Shown: positions 57,354 through 64,000 of the stretch, in pieces
Position numbering within the stretch: the first letter of the stretch is position 1
Layout of the letters: each line of letters opens with the position of its first letter
Assembly (NCBI GenBank): GCA_963663475.2
Contig: CAXXJV010000002.1
Coordinates: 256,001-320,000 of the forward strand
DNA: 64,000 bases
DNA from: Candidatus Cloacimonadales bacterium
GTDB taxonomy: Bacteria > Cloacimonadota > Cloacimonadia > Cloacimonadales > JAFGVF01
Reading direction: 5' to 3'
Translations under genes and position numbers: made by a program
The notes under the pieces: generated by a model
What the model saw: the letters and a program-made list of their open reading frames with translations, nothing else
What the model was told of the DNA's origin: nothing
Databases searched by the model: none

Positions 57354-57539
57354 AGAGTTAGGAGTTAGGAGTTAGGAGTTTAAGAGGCTCACACGAAGGC
57401 ACGAAGACACGAAGAAGAAGACCAGTTGTCGGAAGTCGCTACTTCGTGAGCAAGACCTGTCATTAGAGTAATTAGTGTAATTAGCCTGGGTTGGCATAGC
57501 TTTAGCGACGCCACCTGGATAGATTAAAAGGAGTTGAAG

Positions 57540-59018
57540 ATGAGTAGGTTCGCCAAGATATTAGCAATTAGTAGAATAGCTAAAAAAACAGGTAATAATG
57601 GCCTTTCCAAAAAAGACCAGGAGAAGTTGTTTAATGCCCTGGTAAAAGATATTACCACCCCGCCCAGGGGCACCCCTCCACAGAGGGGAATTAAAAAGAG
57701 CAATCTTTCTAATTTTACCAAAGTGGCAGAAGAGATAATGGGAGATAATCCCCAAGTAACAAAGTCTTATACAAAATTAGTAGAGAAATGGATAGAGCCT
57801 TATTCAGCAGGGCAAAAGCAGCTAATATTCAGTCAATACCAATCCTTTAGTCAAACAGCTTGGTTTCGTTCTTTAACTAATGACTATGTGTCTAATCTGC
57901 AAGGAAGAGGAGTTACTAAGGTTCAAATCTTGGCTTATATGGATGACAGAACAACCGAGATATGCCAGGCCATGCACGGAAGAGTCTTTGATATATCTTC
58001 TTATAGCATTGACCCTGATTTTGTTACTTATGAGAAGATTGAGTCTATGGGTTATGGAAGTATGCCAACTAAAGATATGAAGGTAATGCTACCTCCTTAT
58101 CATTTTAATTGCAGGACTACTTTTGTTACTTATGAAGAGGCGACTAATGATTTCGATAAAATCAAACAGAAAATATATGATGTAGAAAGTTTAACAAGCA
58201 AAGATGTTAAAACGATTATGGAGCCTCTCAAGGGGGCTGAATGGCTTAATAAATCAAAAGAGAGCCAGCACTATCAGAAGCATGGGATTGACCAAGGCTT
58301 AAGCAGAGAGAAATACAAGCAACAAATTATTGACAGTTTACAAGACAATGATAATATGTACTTGGCAGTTAATAAAGGTAACAAAAACCTTACTTTAACA
58401 ACGGTTAAATATCATCATCTAAGTGATAAAGGTGTTAAAAAATACCTATTTACTATCTTCCTGGTTAAAGAAGGCAAGGTTGTTACCAGTCATCTTAAGC
58501 CAGAGAATGAAGTTTTGCCAAAGGTTAAAGATAAGGCAATAAAAGTTGTTAGTATTAATAATGGTAAGCAAAGAATAATAAAGGAAGCTATCATGAAAAA
58601 AGAAGATTATTGGAACAGGCATAACTCTTATGACAGCATTATAGCAGAGGTTGAGGATAACAAGAAGTGGGGTAATTATCCTCTCAACTGCCTTGTTACC
58701 TGGTACCAATATGTACCCAGTGAGTTAGAAGATGATGAAGACTGGCATTGGGAATTAGATAGATCTATTCCTGCCCGTTATGATATTCATATCCTGCTGA
58801 TGAATGACTATAACTTCACCCAGGAAGAAAGAAACTTAATAGAGAGAACTGATAAAAAACTCTTAGATAACATTGATTATTACTTTAAGAAGATTAAAGT
58901 TATAAGCCCAGATGAACTGGCAGAGTTTTTGATTTGGTTGCAGGAAGCGAGAGAAGCAGAGAAGAAAGAAGAGTCTCACACGAAGACACTAAGCCACGAA
59001 GAAAACACAAAAAAATAA
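57540..59018 (+). CDS. MuF/SPP1 gp7-like head morphogenesis protein with long C-terminal extension (putative toxin plus immunity-like segment)
   Basis: DDRTTEICQAMHG and PPYHFNCR; then HYQKHG...GKVVTSH; then an acidic ~140-aa segment starting at in-frame ATG 58593. Confidence 0.75.
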   Translation: MSRFAKILAISRIAKKTGNNGLSKKDQEKLFNALVKDITTPPRGTPPQRGIKKSNLSNFTKVAEEIMGDNPQVTKSYTKLVEKWIEPYSAGQKQLIFSQYQSFSQTAWFRSLTNDYVSNLQGRGVTKVQILAYMDDRTTEICQAMHGRVFDISSYSIDPDFVTYEKIESMGYGSMPTKDMKVMLPPYHFNCRTTFVTYEEATNDFDKIKQKIYDVESLTSKDVKTIMEPLKGAEWLNKSKESQHYQKHGIDQGLSREKYKQQIIDSLQDNDNMYLAVNKGNKNLTLTTVKYHHLSDKGVKKYLFTIFLVKEGKVVTSHLKPENEVLPKVKDKAIKVVSINNGKQRIIKEAIMKKEDYWNRHNSYDSIIAEVEDNKKWGNYPLNCLVTWYQYVPSELEDDEDWHWELDRSIPARYDIHILLMNDYNFTQEERNLIERTDKKLLDNIDYYFKKIKVISPDELAEFLIWLQEAREAEKKEESHTKTLSHEENTKK

Positions 59019-59028
59019 AGGAGTTATT

Positions 59029-59574
59029 ATGAGAAAGTTAGTATTTATAGTGTGTTTGGTATTGTCGTTAATCCAATTAAATGCCAAAAATGATGTTATA
59101 AGTCATACTGAGTTTGGCTGTACCTTGGGGCATTCAATAAACCAAAGAGGCTATACTGCTTCAGCATATCTGTTTAGCCGAAGTAAGTACAGTTCTAAAT
59201 TTTCTCCATTTATAAAAGTTCTAATCGACTACAAAGGCGAACCTAAAGGTGTACTTATAGAAGATGAACCTTTTAGTTGGTGGGTTGATACAGGTAGAGA
59301 ACTATATGAAAAACATATTATTTCTATTGGGAATGTTTATACTATAGACAGAAAATGCAGATATAAATTTGTTCCTTACTTAGGTTTTGGCTTTAAAGAA
59401 AATTTTATTCAGTGGGATTCATCCATTGGAGAGGTATTTTATTCTTCAAAATCTATTAATACTCTTGGTGAAGCTGGAGTAGATTTTCTGTTTGTGTATA
59501 AGCAATTACTTATTTCATTAGGTATTTCTGCTCAGGCAGGAGCTAATCTGGGGGTTGGATTTAGGTACTATTAA
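59029..59574 (+). CDS. Outer-membrane beta-barrel-like moron protein
   Basis: Signal peptide; alternating beta pattern (PYLGFGF, EAGVDF); C-terminal LGVGFRYY. Confidence 0.65.
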   Translation: MRKLVFIVCLVLSLIQLNAKNDVISHTEFGCTLGHSINQRGYTASAYLFSRSKYSSKFSPFIKVLIDYKGEPKGVLIEDEPFSWWVDTGRELYEKHIISIGNVYTIDRKCRYKFVPYLGFGFKENFIQWDSSIGEVFYSSKSINTLGEAGVDFLFVYKQLLISLGISAQAGANLGVGFRYY

Positions 59575-59709
59575 AAAATATCTTGACAGCGTGTAAAACA
59601 CTGCACCCCTCATGGCAGTGAAGATGATATTAACGCAGGAATGATAGCTATAGTTCTTCGTGAACTATCTGATGAGGTAACTAAAGATTTGTTTCAATCC
59701 TAAATAATC

Positions 59710-59742
59710 AAAGAGCAGGCATCAAAACCTGCTCTTTTTTTT
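59710..59742 (+). terminator. Terminator ending the rightward phage operon
   Basis: AAAGAGCAGG-loop-CCTGCTCTTT followed by a T tract. Confidence 0.85.
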
Positions 59743-59754
59743 GCTTAAAATTAT

Positions 59755-59790
59755 CTAAACTGCAATTTAATTTCTCAATCTTAGAACTAA
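59755..59790 (-). repeat. Inverted copy of the left-end repeat
   Basis: 34/36 identical to the reverse complement of 48185-48220. Confidence 0.9.
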
Positions 59791-59791
59791 A

Positions 59792-59813
59792 GGCGTATTC
59801 AATACGCCCCTAC
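59792..59813 (-). repeat. GTAG-type REP-like hairpin
   Basis: Minus strand reads GTAGGGGCGTATTGAATACGCC. Confidence 0.7.
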
Positions 59814-59830
59814 ATTCTCAATTCTCAATT

Positions 59831-60325
59831 CTAAATTCTCAATTCCTGAAGTGTCATTTTCACTGCCAATTCTAAGAAAGGGCTAGGTTTTCTTCCGTGT
59901 TTTTTCATATTGATAGCAATAGCCCAAGCAGTTTGGGTTATTTTTTTATCTATCAAGTCTTGTTTCTTGGGTCTTTTACTTCTTTTCATGCTTTGAGCTT
60001 TAGACCAGGCACTTTTTATCTCATTTTTTACTATTCCCTTCTTGCGAACCCATTCTTTAATCTTATCAACTGGGGGCATATGGGGCTTGATTCCTTCATG
60101 TAGGTACTTAGGATATTTGGTAGAACCTGAGAGTTTCCCACCTTCAGCAACATATACCAGAATATAGGTTTCAGTATCAGACACCACAGTTTTAGTCTGG
60201 ATAGAGTTCTTTAAATGCCCTGTAACGACCATTTTCTCACTTTCTACGATGTTTATTGCCCTTGCCCTTATCTTGTCAGCAATTAAACCTAATTCTTCTT
60301 TTAAATGCCTTTTTACGCTTTCCAT
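59831..60325 (-). CDS. HK97 gp10-like neck/tail-completion protein
   Basis: TGHLKNSI, YPKYLHEG..PHMPP, G.KPSPFL. Confidence 0.7.
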   Translation of the reverse strand: MESVKRHLKEELGLIADKIRARAINIVESEKMVVTGHLKNSIQTKTVVSDTETYILVYVAEGGKLSGSTKYPKYLHEGIKPHMPPVDKIKEWVRKKGIVKNEIKSAWSKAQSMKRSKRPKKQDLIDKKITQTAWAIAINMKKHGRKPSPFLELAVKMTLQELRI

Positions 60326-60510
60326 CAATTCTCCTTATTAATCTATCCACTAATTTCACTAATTACACTAATTAAGAAATACCCTTAACACAGAGTTTCA
60401 CAGAGGTTAAGAGGAGTTTCACAGAGTTTTTAAACTCTCAATTCTCAACTCTCAATTCTTCTCTGTGTTCTCTGTGTTCTCTGTGGTGAGTCTCTTCAAC
60501 TTCTCACTCA

Positions 60511-60873
60511 CTATATATCAATAAAAGGCAAAAATCCTTCTCGTTCATTTATGATGTCATAGATAATCAGATTAGCTTCTTTGAGATAAAAGTCTTGTCT
60601 TCTCATCACATCAGCATCAGAAATTAAATGTTGAGCAGATTCACCTGTCCCCACTTGTTTAAAGACTCCTTTATTGCCTGCTATATAAGATATACGAGGT
60701 ATCAGGTAATATGCAGTTAAATACTTAAGAGCCTTGGTTATAGCATTATCTCCTGTATCTTCTACACCCTTGCGGCCGATGTATTCATAAGCATCATTTA
60801 TAGCATTCTCAATCACATCGTTATTTACATCTGTAATGTTCATAAATGTTTTAATCTGGTCTGCAGTAATCAT
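60511..60873 (-). CDS. Putative head-tail adaptor protein
   Basis: ITADQIK.F...I..AI.DA...I...ALKYLTAYY helical pattern; context. Confidence 0.5.
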   Translation of the reverse strand: MITADQIKTFMNITDVNNDVIENAINDAYEYIGRKGVEDTGDNAITKALKYLTAYYLIPRISYIAGNKGVFKQVGTGESAQHLISDADVMRRQDFYLKEANLIIYDIINEREGFLPFIDI

Positions 60874-61250
60874 AAAAGCTCCTCAAAGTGTAAGGTTTCT
60901 GTAGTTAAATTAAAGAGGGTGGCCTTGTACTCACTTCCGTTTATAACAAGGGGTGGTGATGTTTCAAGAGAGACAAATAAGTCAGCATCAAACTGCTCAA
61001 TTTTACTGAGCAATTCTAAGACAATTTGAGTATGATTTACACTAGTTTCATCTGTTTTAGTTACTATGGTAAGACTTACGTCCACCTGGTATCGGTTGAG
61101 GTTTAGAGATTCATTTTTCTTTTTAAAGACCTTTTCCAAGGAATACAGAGCCTTTCTATGGTAAGAGGCAATATCAGTATTAATATCTACTAAAGAAAGG
61201 CCTGTGCCTGCAATTAGCTCTTCTATCACATTCCATAAGGGGTAAATCAT
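60870..61250 (-). CDS. Phage structural hypothetical protein (possible tail terminator)
   Basis: Translationally coupled to the portal and to the next gene. Confidence 0.45.
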   Translation of the reverse strand: MIYPLWNVIEELIAGTGLSLVDINTDIASYHRKALYSLEKVFKKKNESLNLNRYQVDVSLTIVTKTDETSVNHTQIVLELLSKIEQFDADLFVSLETSPPLVINGSEYKATLFNLTTETLHFEELL

Positions 61251-62305
61251 TAAGACCTCCTAAGCAAGCTGTCCACACTTGTATTTTCTTTGATATTATA
61301 GACTAGAGGGTTAATAGTGAAGTCTGGATTATTTCCAAAAATACCAGGATATTTCTTTGCCAGTCCTCCGAATTGCCCAGATAAGACTAATTGTTTTGGA
61401 TGGATGGTAGTCTGGAAGAAGATCTCCATTTGCCCTTCAGTTTCTCCTGAACCTCCCATAGCAGTAGTATTAACCATAGAGAGTAAGCGGGGTGGTACTG
61501 CATGACAAGCAATGATGTTAGTAATACATTGTTGCTCCAACTGTAAGAAAGAAGCATCTTCTCTTTGCTGTAAAGCAGTCCATTTTCCTGACATTCCTTC
61601 TTTGTAAGGTATAACTAAAAGTTTATGAGCTCTTTCTTCTCCCTGGAACTTTTGTCTGAAGAAAGATTGAACATTATATTGAGCATTGGGTGAAATAGCT
61701 CCTCCCATTATCTCATAAACATAGTCTGGGATAGCGTTATTATCAAAAAATCTCTCATTATAAGTCTTAATCCTTTTAATAATCCTAATATCAGGGAGTA
61801 TAGGAAGATAAGAAGGTGCACCATAAATTGTAGATAAAGGTGTAGCTTGTTTAAAATGAAATACTTCATCTTCTTTAAAATCAACACTTTCTCCGTTAAC
61901 TGTTTGCCTGTAACCTGTTTTAATTTTTCTCATAGTTTGAGCAGGCAAGTGAAAGATTTGTCTTTTGCTTCCTACTTTAGGTAACTCCCAGTAAGCATTT
62001 CCATACATTTCATAATCCTTAATTGTTTTTAATAATAAAGTAATTGCTGAATCTGTTGGCGTTACTTCTTCCAGGATGTCCATAATTCTCTTATCAAAGC
62101 CCTTGCCCAGGATATTGATTGCTTTCTTTTCAATACACTCAGCATGATAAGGATTGATTGTATAAGCATCAGTGAGTTCATCCATTTCAAAAGGATAGTT
62201 GAACTCGTCGTCTTTTAAATCTAAAGCCTTACTTTTAGATGCTTGAGTATCATCAGATTTACTGATAATTACAAATGGTTCGTAGTTTAATTCATTACTA
62301 TTCAT
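61250..62305 (-). CDS. Phage portal protein, PBSX/P2 gpQ-like
   Basis: YGNAYWE, EVFHFK...IYGAPSY, FFDNNAIP, IIACHAVPPRLL; about 350 aa. Confidence 0.88.
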   Translation of the reverse strand: MNSNELNYEPFVIISKSDDTQASKSKALDLKDDEFNYPFEMDELTDAYTINPYHAECIEKKAINILGKGFDKRIMDILEEVTPTDSAITLLLKTIKDYEMYGNAYWELPKVGSKRQIFHLPAQTMRKIKTGYRQTVNGESVDFKEDEVFHFKQATPLSTIYGAPSYLPILPDIRIIKRIKTYNERFFDNNAIPDYVYEIMGGAISPNAQYNVQSFFRQKFQGEERAHKLLVIPYKEGMSGKWTALQQREDASFLQLEQQCITNIIACHAVPPRLLSMVNTTAMGGSGETEGQMEIFFQTTIHPKQLVLSGQFGGLAKKYPGIFGNNPDFTINPLVYNIKENTSVDSLLRRS

Positions 62306-62337
62306 ATATTTCTCCTTTTATTCCCCTACATTCCTCA

Positions 62338-63606
62338 CTAAACAACCATCACTCCATCAATCACTCTTTCAGAATGTCTTAAATCATAAAGCATAGCTAA
62401 AGACCAAAATTTATCTCCATGATGTTCAGTGCTTTCTGCATTATAGGAGAAGATGTTAGTACGGTTAGCAGATCTCTTTATTGATAAAATATGATTAAGC
62501 AGTGAAGGATCATTTGGTATTAATAGTTTCTTGTCTTCGAAGCCTCTTTTTAATCTTTTGGCAAGCCTTTCTTTAACAGCAGGAGCAAAGCTATATCCCT
62601 CAATTACATTAGGATAAAGGTAAGATAAATCTTCCCAGAGATTATAACCTATACCACCTCTATCTATAGCAAATCCATCTGCATCAGATTGTCTTATCAA
62701 GTTTATAAAAAACTCTTTCTGATAGGCAAAAGTCTCTCTCTTTAAGTCCTTTATATAATTAACAACCATTAACTTATCATCATTAATAAAGGCTCCTGTG
62801 ATAGCAGTTTCATCTTTCTTTCTTCCAATATCAGCAGCATAAAACATTTTAGTGTCTTCAGGGGTTGGATGTTCGTTAACATAAAGACAGGGTTCTATCA
62901 GGTTGTAAGGAATATAAGAGTCTGTAGTATCTAATGGCAGGCATTCATAAGCTTGAGCAAATTCTTCAGGTGTAAAAAGACTTCTTAATTCATCAACATT
63001 AATATCAAGTCCTTCTTCTTTGGCTGTATGAATAGTGATTAAATGCTTAGAAAAAGCATCATTCTTATCCCATATTTCCCAAAACTTATCTATCCTACTC
63101 TTAGGAGTCGAGATTACTGTTACTCTTCCTTGAGCTGCTGTAATAGCAGGAATAATAGCTTTCCATACTTCCCTGTCCTGGATAATAAAAGCAAACTCAT
63201 CTAAATATACATCACCTGCAAAACCTCTAGCAGTCATCCAATTAGTCGCCAAAGCTTTAATACTTTTACCATTGGGCATTAAGATTTCATGTTCAGTATC
63301 ATTAAAAGCTTCTATTCCCATTGCTTTAAGATGACTTCTTACATGGTTCATCACAATAACAGCATTATCTTTAGAAGCTGAAACTATTAACTGGTCCTTG
63401 TTATTAATTAATGAACCAATAATCATCTCTAGGCCTGATAGAAAAGAAAATCCTATTTGTCTCGATTTATTAGCAATCCTATACCTGGATTTATCAGCTA
63501 AGAACTTCTTTTGATATATTCTTAAGTTCTTGATACAGTATTGCTGTATAGCAGTCCTGACAAAAGCAGGTACCTTATCTGTTGACCATATTTGCCCTTT
63601 TTTCAT
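62338..63606 (-). CDS. terL: Terminase large subunit (Mu gp28 / P2 gpP-like)
   Basis: NKSRQIGFS, ARGFAGDVYLDEFAF, ISTP, DIGRKKDET, IDRGGIG, HGDKFWSLA. Confidence 0.92.
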   Translation of the reverse strand: MKKGQIWSTDKVPAFVRTAIQQYCIKNLRIYQKKFLADKSRYRIANKSRQIGFSFLSGLEMIIGSLINNKDQLIVSASKDNAVIVMNHVRSHLKAMGIEAFNDTEHEILMPNGKSIKALATNWMTARGFAGDVYLDEFAFIIQDREVWKAIIPAITAAQGRVTVISTPKSRIDKFWEIWDKNDAFSKHLITIHTAKEEGLDINVDELRSLFTPEEFAQAYECLPLDTTDSYIPYNLIEPCLYVNEHPTPEDTKMFYAADIGRKKDETAITGAFINDDKLMVVNYIKDLKRETFAYQKEFFINLIRQSDADGFAIDRGGIGYNLWEDLSYLYPNVIEGYSFAPAVKERLAKRLKRGFEDKKLLIPNDPSLLNHILSIKRSANRTNIFSYNAESTEHHGDKFWSLAMLYDLRHSERVIDGVMVV

Positions 63607-63813
63607 TTTTCTCCTTTAATCTATCCACGAATTACACTAATTACACTAAGAAATAGCCACCGAAAACACTGAAAACACCGAATATCTTAAATTCGTAAAT
63701 TATTAAATTCTTAAATCTTCTCTGTGTTCTCTGTGTCTCTGTGGTAAAATCTTCTTTCTTCAATTCCTCACTCCTAATTCCTAACTCTTAGCTTGGTCCT
63801 GTCTACAACTTTC

Positions 63814-63837
63814 GGTATAGATGTATATATCTATACC
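63814..63837. promoter_or_regulatory. 24-bp dyad upstream of the rightward late promoter
   Basis: GGTATAGATG-TATA-TATCTATACC, 8 nt before TTGACA at 63846. Confidence 0.45.
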
Positions 63838-63907
63838 AAAACATATTGACACCCTTTAAAAAAAGAGCAATTTTATCCATGTAATTAATTTTATTAAGGA
63901 GGCTTGA

Positions 63908-64000
63908 ATGCCAAAATTAAAAGAGTTAGATGTCTCTTTTGTGTCATTGGTTAAGAACCCTGCCAATAAAAAGGATATCGTATTTAAAGCAGCTGATAAA
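63908..64000 (+). CDS. 5' end of putative prohead protease/scaffold protein; truncated by the window
   Basis: AAGGAGG RBS; MPKLKELDVSFVSLVKNPANKK resembles the VSLV..PAN motif of phage head proteases. Confidence 0.6.
   Translation, partial: MPKLKELDVSFVSLVKNPANKKDIVFKAADK

Larger units (their letters stand above)
48101..64000. mobile_element. Prophage with Mu-type DDE transposase; right end outside the window
   Basis: End-type repeats, repressor/Cro pair, DDE transposase, GemA-like, DUF3164-like, MuF, portal and terminase. The left boundary at TG 48101 is inferred. Confidence 0.88.

Noticed and set aside
59645-59700. Hammerhead ribozyme suggested by a hairpin followed by CTGATGAG
   Set aside because: No stem II closed by GAAA and no proper NUH/stem III could be built.
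49091-61505. Short shadow ORFs in the prophage (49091, 49636, 50086, 50751, 51588, 54163, 56181, 56660, 57015, 57524, 57561, 57880, 58446, 59897, 61317)
   Set aside because: They lack the RBS and promoter support seen for the two accepted antisense ORFs; 49091 is only another frame of the tandem repeat.

Overview
AT-rich bacterial chromosome segment. It is probably Candidatus Cloacimonadota or a related FCB-group anaerobe, inferred from four secreted proteins ending in the YPNPFNP/FlgD-Ig (Por/T9SS-like) tail and the housekeeping gene style. Positions 1-48 kb are host DNA. They hold the 5' part of an NRPS (A-T-C, running off the left edge and missing from the ORF track), gcvPA/gcvPB, a TetR regulator, serS, tpiA, three GLUG-type surface proteins, a shikimate operon lacking aroK, secDF, sdaA, gyrBA, ispA, MoxR, a K+ channel with a cNMP-binding partner and a uridine-kinase-like gene. 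Intergenic regions carry a MITE with 5-bp target duplications, a ~60-bp palindrome and a REPIN-like element. From ~48.1 kb to the right edge is a prophage with end-type direct repeats, a repressor/Cro switch and a Mu-type DDE transposase containing a 33-bp tandem array. No MuB-like ATPase is visible. The prophage also has two free-standing transposase-like fragments, two antisense genes with their own promoter and RBS, and a MuF protein apparently fused to a toxin and an immunity domain. Its terminase-portal block is divergent from the head genes, as in P2. Most gene junctions in the prophage are filled with short repeat modules, several of which sit right against the RBS and some of which also occur in host DNA. 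All functional calls come from motif recognition by eye; no database search was run.
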